A stretch of DNA of 63,917 nt, the filler included, from Conidiobolus incongruus B7586 (lineage: Eukaryota), in NCBI GenBank assembly GCA_000697335.1. It is 25 parts of 25 records of this genome, joined end to end, with 100 filler letters (N's around TTAATTAATTAA, not from the genome) between each part and the next. Parts side by side here need not be neighbours in the genome. Positions count along the whole stretch, not along the records: positions 1 to 7,804 come from JNEM01003934.1; positions 7,905 to 9,665 come from JNEM01003939.1; positions 9,766 to 11,340 come from JNEM01003940.1; positions 11,441 to 13,445 come from JNEM01003941.1; positions 13,546 to 14,587 come from JNEM01003942.1; 20 more parts are not named here. One strand, 5' to 3'. The translations under genes and the position numbers were made by a program. Position 1 is the stretch's first letter. The number at the start of each line of letters is the position of its first letter. A model generated the notes under the pieces. It was given only the letters and a program-made list of their open reading frames with translations. It did no database searches and was not told the DNA's origin. Positions 1 to 13,699 of the stretch are shown here, piece by piece.

Positions 1-444
1 ATAATATTTATTAAAAATTTTAATATATTATTTAATAAATGATTTAAAGTTACCCCAATTAATCAAGATTATAATAAATACAAATATTATAATTATCATT
101 ATTTGATATATATTGATATATTAAAAATATATTAAAACTTATATTAACCCTGTTAATAACAATCAATTTTTAATTCATAATATGAATTTGGGATTTTTAG
201 ATTTTTTTACCATTTTACTAGTTATCTTCTGATTATAAATTAAAAAAGGAAATTTCAGTAAATAAAGTAACTTATATTTTAATATAATTATAAAATAATA
301 GCTATAATACAAAAATAATAATGAAAACCAAAATTAAACAACTACTTTAGATAATAATGATAAATAAATAAAGAAGGTTAAATAAAAAATAAAAATGAAA
401 TAATAATAAAATATAAAATAAATATGAAATTAAATATTTTACAT

Positions 445-516
445 GGGCTCGACTGGGAATCGAACCCAGGACCTCTCCCACCCTAAGGGAGAATTATACC
501 ACTAAACCATCGAGCC
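445..516 (-). tRNA. tRNA-Pro (anticodon AGG), intronless
   Basis: Reverse complement GGCTCGATGGTTTAGTGGTATAATTCTCCCTTAGGGTGGGAGAGGTCCTGGGTTCGATTCCCAGTCGAGCCC folds as a cloverleaf: acceptor GGCTCGA/TCGAGCC, anticodon arm CTCCC-TTAGGGT-GGGAG, canonical GGTTCGATTCC T-arm. Confidence 0.96.
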
Positions 517-1586
517 TTAATAATTTTGAATTATTCATTATAAACTCTCTTATATTTTTATCATTAAAATATATCAATATTATAACTCTTTAACATTTTT
601 AATATTTTTTAACTTTGTTCTCTTAATATTTTCTATTAAATTTTATTATTTCAAATTATCTTTAACTTTATCTAAATATTCTCTTGTCATCAATAATCCT
701 ATACATATATACATATATATATTTTTAAAACAATAAATCAAATTTCTATTTTGTATTTTTTTCTCTCTATCCCTAATTTTGATTCATCAAATATTAATTA
801 TTTTTTTAATAAAAAGGTTCAGAAAAAAATTAGTTTTTCAATAATATATAATTTTATCTTTCAAATTTTCATAATTTTATTATTACTATTATTATTATTA
901 AAATATAACTATTCTTAATTATTTTAATATAATTACTATATTAACTATTTTTAAATTTTTACTAAAATAATTTATTAATAAATTTTTTATTAAAAAAATT
1001 ATTTATAATATTATTTTTTTATTTGACCCCAAATTAATAAGAAATAATTTTTTTTATTTCGTCACTACTTTAATTAGGGTCCATAACTTGAATCATAAAT
1101 TATAATAAATTTGTAATATTTAACCCCAAATTGTAAATTTCATATTTATCAATCTTATGACAAGAATTTTACTTGAATTAATTATTTATCATTTTCTATT
1201 CCAGATTCAAACACTTCCACTTTAATAAAATTAGTCAGATGAATGCTTTATTCAAATTTCATATGTCATTGAGACATGTAATTACCTAAAAAAATGTCAA
1301 TTTTCTCAGATTTAGTGTTTGGTTACAATTGTTTTTTTAATAATAAACAATTTTTTCAATTATAAGGTTTATGGTTGATCAAAGTATAATCTGATGAAGT
1401 GTACAATTATAATCATAAACTTAATATTAATTTTAATTAAATATTATAATTAAAAGATTAATTACTCAATATTATATTCAATACGAATTTAAATATTATA
1501 ATTCAATTTAATTTAGTTATAAAGGATAAACTATTTAAGAATAATAAATTTTGATTAATTTTCATAGAAAGAAAAATAATAAATAA

Positions 1587-1619
1587 ATATATATGTATAT
1601 ATATATATATATATATATA
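1587..1619. repeat. (AT)n microsatellite with one G interruption
   Basis: atatatatgtatatatatatatatatatatata read directly. Confidence 0.8.
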
Positions 1620-2453
1620 AATTCTCAAGTTTTTAATCATTTTTAGTAAATTATAAATTAAGAATTTATTTAATAATAATTAATTTTAATTTAATTGATA
1701 TTATCAAAAAAAATTTTGATTTTTTATTATATAAAAACTATATTAATTCATAAGAATACCTTTTAATAATAGTTACTCTTTATTAAAAGAATAAAATAAT
1801 ATAAAAAAATATTATTGATTGGTAAATATTATATATATATATTTTAAAAAATGACAATTTTATTGAAATATTTTTCACATTTTTAAATTCAAATTAGAAA
1901 TTATTTGATTTTGGAAAATTAATTTGAGTTGAAAATAAAATTTAATTTAGTTTAACAAATTTCCAGTGGTTATTAAGATCATTTTTCAAGAATGGATAAT
2001 TCTCCCCCAAACCTTCAATTCCAAAATTGATTTGATTAAAATTGAAAAGTGTTTAATGCTAACCAATTAAATCAATGTTGTCAGATGATTGGTTAGCGTG
2101 GCAAACTACGGAGTATGAGGAAATTTTTCAGTTTCCCGAAAATTTAATTGAATTGCATATTTGATGATGATTATGATGAAAAAATGAGATCGATACTTTG
2201 TTTTTGGATAGTTGAGAGGTTCAAAAAATGTCAATGGAAATTTTTGAGATTTTGTCATTAAATCATTTAACTCTCCATTCAAGATCCCGAAAATTACACA
2301 TCATCAGCCCTCAAAAATAACAGATTCCATCTTATCAAAATTAAAAACGATTGATGTTGTACACTCCTTGTGAAACTAGATCAATGAGGCGTTCGTTTAT
2401 TTTTCAGAATTATTCATGTTATTATGCTTGATGTCAAGCTAAATATATACAAA

Positions 2454-2493
2454 AAAAATAAAAATAAAAATAAAAATAAAAATAAAAATAAAA
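2454..2493. repeat. (TAAAAA)n tandem repeat, about 6 units, downstream of the bHLH gene
   Basis: Direct reading of the sequence. Confidence 0.75.
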
Positions 2494-2770
2494 GGAATAA
2501 AGCAAATTATTTATAATACAGTTGAAATGAATTTATATAGTTTACAATTTATATACATTGGGGAGCACTACCACAAATATTGTGGAGTAGGAAAGAAGGA
2601 TATAATATTCCCTTGATGGAATCTTTGAGGAATAAAATATATCCCCCAATAAAAGCACCATATCAATTAAGCTGTATTGATATGATTGCAAGGGATATAT
2701 ATGTCATGTTGAAATTCGGTCAATTCTTTAAATAAAACACTAATTAAAATGAACAAAACAAAGTGGAATT

Positions 2771-3803
2771 TTACGTTTGCTGGGTTTTAGAATTGGACTC
2801 TGAATCAAGTTTTTGAATGATGAGTTCCAAAGCAACGTTCTGCTGTTCCATCTTTTGAATAAATTGATGGGTGAGAGTAAGGATAACAGCTTTGCTAGTG
2901 TTATCTTCAACTTCGGGAACAATCTTGCTCAATTCCTCAAATCCTTTACGGATCATGCCACGACGCTTTTGTTCACTAGCAATGTGGTTAGCCCTGCGCT
3001 GAGCCGCGGTAAGTAACTCTTTCTTAGGGGCACCGCGTTTCTTAGGCGCTGTGGATTCTTTCTTGACTTTAGGTTTTTTTGTTGCTTTTTTTGTAAATTT
3101 TGTATCCATTATTGGATGCATTTGTTTGGTGGATTGTAGTACAGGTACCGGAACGGGTACGGGAATTGGAACTGCAATAGGGATAGAGCTGCGGAGATCC
3201 ATAGATGGTGCTCCATTTGAAAAAGATGCCATATTAGGGAATGTAGGTGTTTGAACAGGATACATAGAATTCATCTGCGTGTATGAACTACCAGAGGATG
3301 AAGAATGCATACCAATATCAGACTGCGAAAGAGTTGAGTTAGAGTCAATACTGTTGGATCTGTGATAATATTCTACGAATGCATCTAATTCATTTTGAGA
3401 AATTTGTGGTTCGAAAACACTGGGCGATTGAGGAGGTAAGGGAGTATGTGGTGGGAAGAAAGGGGGATAGGGAGCATTATCAAGTTCAACGACGTTGTTA
3501 AGGAAACCAGAAAGTAAATGAGATTCGGAATTATTAAATAATGAAGAAAAGAATTGCATGTCAGAAGGTGGGGGAGGCAAAGGTTCGTTTAGTGTTAAAA
3601 AGTTTTGAAAATCTAAAAAGAGGTCAACATATTGTTTTCAACACATGTGGAATATAATTGTTTGTACCTAAATTCTGGTTCATCAAGTTCCAAAAAGTCA
3701 AAGCATCTGGAGTGGGGCCAGGTGTTGCTGTGTTCATACTAGGAGCATTTGGTAAACAGCTTAATAAACTTTGAGGGGTTGTACTACTCGTAGGATCGGC
3801 CAT
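2771..3803 (-). CDS. bHLH-ZIP transcription factor (Max/Mlx/Ino4-like), 2 exons (3803-3668, 3612-2771), about 325 aa
   Basis: C-terminal RRANHIASEQKRRGMIRKGFEELSKIVP..SKAVILTLTHQFIQKMEQQN is a bHLH with a short zipper. The ORF extends upstream across a 55-nt GTACAA..TTGAC..TTTAG intron (3667-3613) to an ATG at 3803 (MADPTSSTTPQSLL). The N-terminal part is Pro/Ser-rich. Confidence 0.88.
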
Positions 3804-6465
3804 AATTATAGAATTAATTATTAATTAATTAACAATAAATAAACTAGAAGGAAATAATTATTAGTCAACTGATATATGGTTACAAGATAAATAAGAATGA
3901 AAAAAGAGTGAAGTGTTAATTCAATTATGAAGTGAAATTATTGACCAAACATTGAGAGATTAAGGGGGAAAAGGGAGTTTAATTGATTATTTTATAACTA
4001 GTGGTGGGAACTGAGTTTAAATAAAATTATTACTTACATTTAAAATCAATAAATATAATAGAAATATAGATAATCTATTAACAATAATTAAAGCTTAAAG
4101 AATGCGATTTTTAAAATCAGGTAAAGAGACAGATAAAGATCTGAGCTGGAGTGGCTTAGTTAAAGAGAAACGATAAATTAGACACAATGATCACGTCTGA
4201 TAGACTTGAACAGGATGTAGTGTAGTTAAGGGATTAACGATTCAATTAATTATCAAGTGAAATAAGACGTATTGTTAATAGAGGGAAGTGAAATTAGTTA
4301 AGATTAAGATCAAAACAAAGTAACAGTGAATTATACTTAAAAGGGAAAGAGAAGGTAAAGGACGAAGGCAATCAATAAATTGAGACAACCGATTTTCAAA
4401 TGTTGATTGAATGAGCTGAATGAAGTTTTTATACTAAAATTTATCGCAACATCTATAGTTCTTTTTTATTCAAATTAATTAAAATCACTCCACATCCTCA
4501 TCTATTCTGCCTCTTTAAATCAGCCAATCATATCAGTCAGGATGATTTAATTCTCCCTCTGTTTTGTCTACTTTAAGCATAAAGCTTTGATGATTAAAAT
4601 AAGATTTATTATCATATTAATCCCAGTTTAACACTTTTTATAATATAATCAACAGCTATATAACAAATCAATGATTTAATCTTTCTAAACTATATTTCGA
4701 ATATATCAAAACAGACTTACCAAATATATATTATTATCTTTAAAATTTAAGGTATTCAAATTAATTTGACACAACCTCTATCCCAGTAATTGATTGTTTC
4801 ATAATTATATTAATCAAAAATAAAATCAAATTTAATTACAATATTAACGAATGAAATATTAAGATACACGTCACCATACTCCAACTAAATAATAGTAATT
4901 TTTTTAATTTTATTTATAAAAATAACATTACTAATATTCAAATTCTTCTCTATTAATCCTTATTTTTAAAAAAAGAATTAATATCTTATAGGTTTACTTT
5001 TTTACAATTTATTTTAATTTTTTCTATGTTTTAACAATTTAGGAAAAAAGTGAGAATAATTCGTACCATATGATTACACATTTATAAATAATTTACTCAA
5101 TTCATCAACTTTATCCAATCCATCCAAATGATCTAAAGAAATGTCATATCGAATTCGAAAATGTTATAATGTAAATTTGATATCCTTCGATATGTGGGAA
5201 TGATCATTAGAGCTAAACTTTGGTGGATTCTATTGAACTTGCTTGCTTAGTATTGTCCTATATTCACCAAAATCAAAATCAAAATCAAAAATTGAAAAAA
5301 AAATTTTTCCAAGGTTAGACCATTAAAACGAATATTTAAAATAAATGCGAGATTATCAACAGGAATCAATAATACACATGTCATATTGTTTATAATAAGC
5401 CTAAATTACCCGAAAATTCTACCTATAGAACTCGAAGTAGCTTTTATCATGTTTGTATAATTTAGTAATTACCTATTAAAAGTTTTCAGCAATCCCAATG
5501 TAGCTTATTTATTAAGATTTTACACACAGTTAAATACTTTGTCATCAATTTAAGTGCGATGCTAAAGCATTCAAGTGATCAAAGCAACAGCTATTGAAGT
5601 AGGAAAATGTGAAAGATTATCCAATCTGATATTATTATTATTATTATTAACTAAAAATTAATTTTAATAATTCCAAATTCCACTTTTGTTATATCTATTA
5701 ATACAAAACTAAAACTAATTTAATAATGAACTATATTTGAAATTATAAAAGAAATAGATCTTCAATTTTAACTTATATAATCATTTTGTCAAATTTTCAA
5801 ACAAAAAAAGCAATTTTGAAAAACTTGTTAGATTTATCTTTATAATGTCTAATTAAAATTAAGCTGACTTAAAATAATTAACTCCGATTAAAGTTTCATA
5901 AATAACAAATATTTAATAATTCGTAATTTAAATTAATAAATAACAAAATTAGACTTAGTTAAGAAAATTTCAAAATTTAATGGTATAATATTAGTAGTAA
6001 TATATTAAAATTAAAGAATGTTTAGTATTAAAATTTAATTTCCTTTTTTATCTAAAATATTTAAGAAAACATTTACTAATATAGGATTAACTAATACAGA
6101 AAGTGGAATATTAACTCAGTTTAAATACAATTAAATTTTTTAAAAAATATTTATTGTATTATTAGTCTGTTATGAAAATTATTTCAAAAATAATCAAATA
6201 AACAATGAATTAGTAGTATATGCAATTAATTTAAATAATTAATTCTGAGTGAAAAGCATCATAGTGGTAGTAATTATAGAATATTGAATAAATATTATTA
6301 TAGATAGAATTACAAATGAAACAATTATAAAATTCCAAGTTTAAAAAATAACAGATAGAAATTGATAGATTAATTAAAAAGAAAATTAACAATTAAATAC
6401 ATAAAGTAAAATTAATATGAGTGTGTTTAAAAATCTGTAGTAGAAATGGCAGGGTAAATAATTAA

Positions 6466-6537
6466 TCCGATATGATCCAGTGGTCAGGATTTCTTGCTCT
6501 CACTGAGATGGCCAGGGTCCGATTCCCTGTATCGGAG
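6466..6537 (+). tRNA. tRNA-Glu (anticodon CTC), variant or possible pseudogene
   Basis: TCCGATA/TATCGGA acceptor stem, CTCTCAC anticodon loop, T-stem CAGGG/CCCTG and a downstream TTTTT Pol III terminator. The T-loop reads TCCGA instead of TTCGA and the anticodon stem has two G:U pairs. Confidence 0.85.
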
Positions 6538-8649
6538 CTATTTTTCTTTATGACCTTTATATTAATACTAATAAAATTGGTTTTATAAAAATGAAAAACA
6601 TTACTTTTTAATAAATTGAAATAATTCCATTTTATTTTTTCTTATTATATCCCCTGATTGTTTTAAAATTATTAAATTTATTAATTTTAATAATAAAACA
6701 ATCAAAAACAAAATTTAATAGTTTTCCGAATATTATTATCTTGCATATTTTGCTCCTCCTTTATTAATAAATCATATTTCTTAAATTATACTGAATTTAG
6801 TAATATTCATTAAAAAGAAATGTTTGAGAATTTTCACGCATAATTATTAAAAATAAATTTGACAAATATATGAATTATAATGCTTTAATAGTTTATTTAT
6901 GTTGAATTTTAAGAGGTAAAAAATAATTTTTTTACTTTTGAAATTAACGATTTCTTTTATTAATAATATTCCCAATTGACATATATTGCTAGCATTATTA
7001 TAAAATAATTTTGTATTAATAAAATATATTGTAATTTATAAATTATATTAAATTTTCGAATTATTATTATCATCCTTGCTAATTAATGAATTGTCAATAT
7101 ATTTATATAAATCCTCATAAAAATATAATATAAGTCGAGTTGAAATACTTGGCTATAATTTATTATATATTGGGTGACTATAGTGATCTAAAATTGAAGT
7201 CAATGGTATTGCATTGATTAATTTTAAAATTTAGTGCATGAAATATATTTGAAATTTTTCAACTAGTACAATTAATAGTTTATAGATTATATATTATGCT
7301 AATGCTTGTAATTTTTAAATAATGTCAAATTCATAAAGCTTACTTTTATAAATTATGTATAATTTAGGTCAGATTGGCTGATACAAGCATATATTTTTTA
7401 TGGAGAGTTAACTATTTTTATATAAGGCATTAGATATTAATGACATAAGTTTTTGAAAATTAATTTCTAAATATAATTAAAATTTAATCAATGTTAGAAT
7501 TTTTAAAAAAGACAAAAATTTAACTTAAATAGTAAATTGACTGAGTTTAATTCAAATATTTGAATAGTTTAAATTTAAATTATTTTGATTAATATCATTG
7601 ATTTTTATGCAGTTTGAAATGATATAATTTTGAAATTTATGCATAAATAATAACTTTATATCTTGTTGATTTTCATAATTGATATAAATTCAGATAAATA
7701 AAATAGAAATTCAGTGAGATAACGTTAATATTATTTATTCATTAATTAATTATTAACCTTGTTTTATTATATTAATATTAATTTTTAAAATTATTCAAAT
7801 AAAANNNNNNNNNNNNNNNNNNNNNNNNNNNNNNNNNNNNNNNNNNNNTTAATTAATTAANNNNNNNNNNNNNNNNNNNNNNNNNNNNNNNNNNNNNNNN
7901 NNNNTTAATAAATAATAATTTTTATATTATAATTAAGGTTTTTTACCTAAAAAATTAGTTTTTTAAAATATTCTTTAATATACTTAAATCACAAATATAT
8001 ATTTTATGATTTAAAGCTCAATAAAAACCATTTGTTGAAAAATCTAAAACTTATTTAAAATTTAATAAAAATTGCTACTATTGTTAAAAAACTTAACTAT
8101 AATATCAATATATATCCTTTCAAAAATAATTTTAGTTTTATTTACAGTTATTATAATATTTTAACTAAAAATTAAACCTAAATAATATTAATAAATCTTT
8201 AAATTTACCATTTTTATAAATAATTAATAGATTCTAAACTAATCCATAAAATTCTAATAAATTAATGATTTTATAAATCAAATTATGATTATTAAAAATA
8301 TTTTACTTATTAAATTAATCAAAAAACCAGAAATATATTAATAATTAATTTATTTTGTAATTTTTTATTTTTAATTATTATCTTATTATTTATTATAACT
8401 TATCACTTTATAAATATATATATTAATATTTTAATTAACTCTATCTAATTTAATATTAATGTCTTTTCTTTTATTATTTCAAAATTACTTTTACTTAAAA
8501 AATAAACTTAATAATTTAATATACTAACAATTTAATAAAATAAACAACTGCTATTATTTTTAATTATCATATATCATTTCATAATTATTTTTAAAATATT
8601 AAATTTATAATTAGTAATATAATTAATAATTTCAAATTAAACTGATATT

Positions 8650-9665
8650 AATTTGAATATTATATTTTTATATCTATGAATATTACTTCAAAAGGTTAAA
8701 AATCCATTTTTTTATATTCTCAAAGAAAATAATAGAATTAATATCCTAATAACTATATTATAGTAATATAAAACTATAAAATACTTTAATTAATACTAAC
8801 TTTATAATTGTAACAAATAAATCTATTTTATTATTTAAAATCAATATAAAAAATTAATTAAAAAAATTGATAATTTATAAAAATATATATCTGTTTAATA
8901 TTTATCAAATAACACTTAATTTCTTTATATTAATAAAGTTAGATCTAATGATTATTTCTTATACAATATAATGTGTTAATTTGTTAATATTTTTGACATA
9001 AAATTAACTTATTACTTAACTATAATACTAAACACAAAGGTAAATTTTTTTATTATGTAATTATATTTAAAACTTATTTACCATTTATATCATAAATAAA
9101 ATTAAACTTAAAAAAATCTAAAAATTAATTGAAAATAAATATATTATACTTTTTTTCTATTTATAAAAGTTATTTACATTTTTTATATAAAAAATAATAT
9201 TGACTAAAGAATATATAATAATAATTATATTTTAAAGTCAAAACTATTAAGGATAAAGCTTTATTATTAAATTTTACTATAATTAAAGAGAGAATAATTA
9301 AATTAATTATATTCACTTAATTAAATTTTAGAAATAGATATTATAAAATTAAAATTAAAAAAAATTTTATTCACTTAATAATTTTGAATTTTTCTTTAAG
9401 CAATTATAAATTTATTATTATAAACTCTAGATTATATAATTCTTTTGTAAATTGCACTTAATTTATCAATTACATTTTTAATTTTATTTTTAATAACTTT
9501 TTTATTATTTATTAATTATATTTTAATCTATTCACAAACTAAGGAAGAATATAATTAATATATTAATTAAGTTTTACAAATTATCCATTAATAAAAGTTA
9601 TTTTAAAAATTATCTAAATATATTTCCATTGTTATTTTTAGCTTTTATTATAATTATAATAATTT
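8650..9665 (+). mobile_element. Possible heavily decayed Ty3/gypsy pol relic (RNase H to integrase)
   Basis: Weak motifs only: NTNFIIVTNKSIL (~8795, resembles F.IVTDH..L), VNCT*FIN (~9450, resembles DNGTQFTS), YSQTK (~9530, resembles HPQT.G). Confidence 0.25.
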
Positions 9666-9884
9666 NNNNNNNNNNNNNNNNNNNNNNNNNNNNNNNNNNN
9701 NNNNNNNNNTTAATTAATTAANNNNNNNNNNNNNNNNNNNNNNNNNNNNNNNNNNNNNNNNNNNNTTTTATATAATTGAATATATAAGGATTAATATTAT
9801 ATATAATATTATATTTAAAAAGATAGTAATATAATGATTTAATTTAAAAATAGTTCTAAATAATTTTTTATTAAATATTCTATA

Positions 9885-11340
9885 TATTAACTTATAAAAA
9901 TGTGTTATAGAATGAAAAACACTGATATTTTTATTATTAATTTGATTAACATTTAATAAAATAGACTTATATTGAATTATTACAGTCTATTTTATTTATT
10001 AATAATAAATATCATTAAATGATGATATTTAGTTATTAATTGGTTAAAATATATACACTTAAATTTTATCTAAATTAAGTTATAAATTTGTGGGTTTTTA
10101 ATAATGAAAAAAATTATAACTTAATATATCAACTATTAGTTTTATTAATTTCTTTAAATTTAAAAGATAAAAAATCAACTAACTTTTTATATCAAAAAAG
10201 TTTATTCTTGTTTTATATCTCTTAAAAATATTTTTAAAACTAATTTAAATTTTTTATTAAAGGGAAAACTTTAATAAATTATTTTAACCAATTATAAAGT
10301 TATTAAATTTAATTAAGGTTAAAAAATAAAAAAAGCCATTTTATAACTATTATCTTGTTATTTATAAGATATTTGATAATAAGAGTTATAATATAACAAA
10401 AGGTATTATCTTGCTAGAAAATAATATCAGATTTTTTTGACCTATATTATTTAATAGTATTTTTCAATTTATTATTTAAAATACTTTAATATATTTTGAA
10501 ATTAATTCCCCTATAAATTTTATAAAAATAGTTTATATTTAAAGACAATATATATACTGAAATAATAATTAATTTTTATTATATATTTGGGTAAATTAAT
10601 ATAATAATTATAGAGTAGTTATAAATCTTTACTAAAGTTCTAACTTTTCTATTAAATCAATTAAGATATATTTTTGTTATATTAAATAAATAATATTATT
10701 TTAAACAAATTTTAGTTTAATATTAATAATAAAGTTTAAACTCTTGTTTAATTATATAATAGGATTTCTTTAATTAAGGGTGTTTTTTCTTAAAGTATAT
10801 AGTATCTATGTTAATATAAAACATATATAATAATATTAATGCTAATTAATATTCTTATATAACTTTATAATTCTTATTATATTTCTAAAATAATATTATG
10901 TTTATTTGTATTAATTAATCTATAAATATATTTCTCATCATATTAACTTATAATTTTAACACACTTAAGTTTAAATTTAAATATGTTTTTATTATTATTT
11001 TTAATAACTTTAATTGTAGTAAATTAACTAACAGTAATAATTCTAATAATATCACAAGTTGATTTATTTTGTTTATAAATTTAATTGATCCATAAGTAGA
11101 TTTTATTAAAATGAGATTTAAGTATAATAATATTAATAAAAAAATTTAATATATCTATAAAATATTATATAAAATGATAACAAAGAGAGAAACAAAATAT
11201 GGTTATATAATGTTAATTATAACCTTTTATCTCAAAAACATGTAAATTTATAACATACTTTAGTTAAATATTAAAGGTTAATATTTTTGCTAATAATTTA
11301 CTAAATATATATAAATATATTTATTTATTATCAAATAATA
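9885..11340 (-). mobile_element. Tc1-like (DD34E) DNA transposon copy, transition-mutated, cut by a gap before the 5' TIR
   Basis: Colinear with 39456-41020. TIR at 9885 (TA|TATTAACTTATAAAAATGTGTTATAGAATGAAAAAC). The minus strand reads F*QDNTFCY (FQQDNAPCH) and retains the W of WPPQSPD. Confidence 0.88.
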
Positions 11341-11448
11341 NNNNNNNNNNNNNNNNNNNNNNNNNNNNNNNNNNNNNNNNNNNNTTAATTAATTAANNNN
11401 NNNNNNNNNNNNNNNNNNNNNNNNNNNNNNNNNNNNNNNNTATATATA

Positions 11449-11880
11449 TATTAGCTTGAAAAGATAAGTTATAAAATTAAAATTACTTATATATTTACTT
11501 ATATTTTAAACAATTTTTTATTAAATAAATTTAAATTAAAATAAATAATTTACCTATATTAGTTAATTATTACTAACTATATTTAATTATATTTTATTAA
11601 TTATTGGTCAATATATCAAAACCTAAAATTTAACCAAGATAAGTTATAAATTTATGGGTTTATAAGTTAAAAGGATATAAATAACAAAACTTTTATATAT
11701 CTTCTATTTTTGTTATAATATATATATTATAAAACTATTAAGCTAATATTTTAAAATTAATATTATAATGCTTAAATCTCTCTATAAAAAAGTTTACTTA
11801 TATATTAATTAACTTCATAATAAAAATAAATTAACATGTGAGATTACTAGAATTATTAGTGTTAATTAATCTGTTATATC
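11449..11880 (+). mobile_element. Tc1-like element, 5' fragment (subfamily B leader): TIR, leader and start of transposase
   Basis: TIR-like start. The leader is shared with 15207, 19799 and 59023. ATG CTT AAA TCT CTC at ~11768 matches the transposase N-terminus. It ends where the mariner copy begins. Confidence 0.75.
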
Positions 11881-13435
11881 ATAATTTAAATAATAGGAAT
11901 TTTTTGTGATTCAAAAAAATAAATATTTTGATATATAAAAAATAAAAATAAATATAAAATATAAAATTAATATTTTTCTTTTATTTCTAATACCTTTTTG
12001 GTATATTTAAAACAAAGATCTAATATTTAAAAAATAATTCTTTTTATTAAAGACTAAAATTTAATGTTTTACAAACCAAATAGATTTTTTGATAGAAATT
12101 TTCTTACCTGTAAGCTAGTTGTTTAATTACCTAAAATAATTTTAATCACATAGGTTAAAATCTAAAGAATATACTAGATATAGTAGTTTTTTCCAGTTTT
12201 TTTTAATTAGAATGTTTTTTTATAGCTTTAGATTTATATATTTTGTAATTACTATGCAGAATAATAGGTCTTTTTATATTATATTAAAAACACTAATTAG
12301 AAATACTTTTATTTAAAAAAGTAATATAAAATTTACTATTAATTGATTTTCCTTTAAGAATTAAATAGAAATAGCATATATCATTATAATTTATTGCAAT
12401 AATTAGCTTTTATTTACTAATAAAATATTTATTGAAAAGGATTTGTAAAGGGGGTTGATTTAGCTTAATTTAGCATCTTAATTTGTGTTTTGTAAAAGAA
12501 TTATATATAAAGGTCTAAGATTCATCAATTGTAATTATTTATTATAAAAGTTTAAGCTTTTGGTAATATTTTAATAAGTTTTGTTTAATAATAACTATTC
12601 TAACTTTTTTTAAATTATAAAATACCTATTTTATATTTTTATTTATTAATTTGAGTTAAAACTTTAATATAAATAAAATACTTATAAGATTAATATTAAA
12701 ATGCTTAGATAATTCTTTAACTGAAATAAAAAGCTACTTGCTAATATATTTTTTCACTTAATTAATAATTAAAAGAGTAATAGTTAAAGTTAGTCTTTTA
12801 GATTTTAATAGGTTTTGGATAGTTTTTTTTTAGCTTTAAAATGATTTACCTAGTAATAAATTATTAATTTAAATAATATTCTATTATCAAAAGCTATTTT
12901 TAAATTTTAATTAATTTTAGAGAACTTATACTTAAGTTTTACTAATATTAAAATAAAAGACTTTTGATGATTATTATTTGGTTTAAGCATAATTAAGTTA
13001 AGTAACCAATTTTAAAAAATTAATTTTTTAATCAAAAAAATTATTATATATATATATATTAAAAATATATAATTTCTTATTAACTTTGTATCATATATCT
13101 ATCCAATTAATCCATATATATTTACCTTTTATGATAAAGGAGGAAATACAACAGAGATCTATTTACCTACCTATCTATCTATTTATTCATTCATCAACCT
13201 ACCTAATTACCTAGCTATAACACTAAGTCTCTATCAAAGATTTCCAATAAAACTTTATAACTATATTCTAATCCTATTACTTACTAATAATCCAACTTAA
13301 TTCAATACAATTATCCTAGTTTCCAGCACTAGGATAATATACTTTGTATATATTTATTTATTTCAAATTAATAGTATATTTGAAATATCAGAAATTAAAA
13401 AATTTTCAAATATTTTAAAATTATTATTAATATTA
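11875..13435 (-). mobile_element. mariner (DD34D) transposon copy, transition-mutated, with a nested insertion at 13087-13341
   Basis: The minus strand reads IITIDES* (first Asp), PIILHSN (LHDN) and NWKKLLYLVYSLDFNLCD (W..LPHP.YSPD.NPCD). Homologous to 41878-43164 and 50545-51843. Confidence 0.82.
13087..13341 (+). mobile_element. ~255-bp solo-LTR-like repeat nested in the mariner 5' leader
   Basis: Starts TGTATCAT and ends ATAATATA (ATGATACA after reversing transitions). Contains TACC/TATC/TTCA simple repeats, AATAAA and an 11-bp hairpin (13310-13338). Absent from the homologous mariner at ~51750; a second copy lies at 38826-39148. Confidence 0.6.
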
Positions 13436-13699
13436 AAAAATGTTANNNNNNNNNNNNNNNNNNNNNNNNNNNNNNNNNNNNNNNNNNNNTTAATTAATTA
13501 ANNNNNNNNNNNNNNNNNNNNNNNNNNNNNNNNNNNNNNNNNNNNTAATAATATTAAAATTAATCTTAAAAAATTATTACTATATAATTTTAATTATTTT
13601 AACAAACTTTAATTTCTTATAACTATTTTTAAATATGGTTAATTGTTTTAAAGATTTTATTGATAAATATACTAAATTATTTTACCTTTAACTAATTTA

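Noticed and set aside
2567..2590. Imperfect hairpin CTACCACAA-ATA-TTGTGGAGTAG in the bHLH 3' region
   Set aside because: Short and imperfect, with no evidence of function.
2740..3254. Short ORFs 2740-2922, 2813-3016 and 3051-3254
   Set aside because: Alternative-frame or antisense shadows of the bHLH gene.
7849..7860. Recurrent palindrome TTAATTAATTAA at semi-regular spacing, superficially array-like
   Set aside because: It is always centred in a 100-bp N run, so it is an assembly spacer with six-frame stops.
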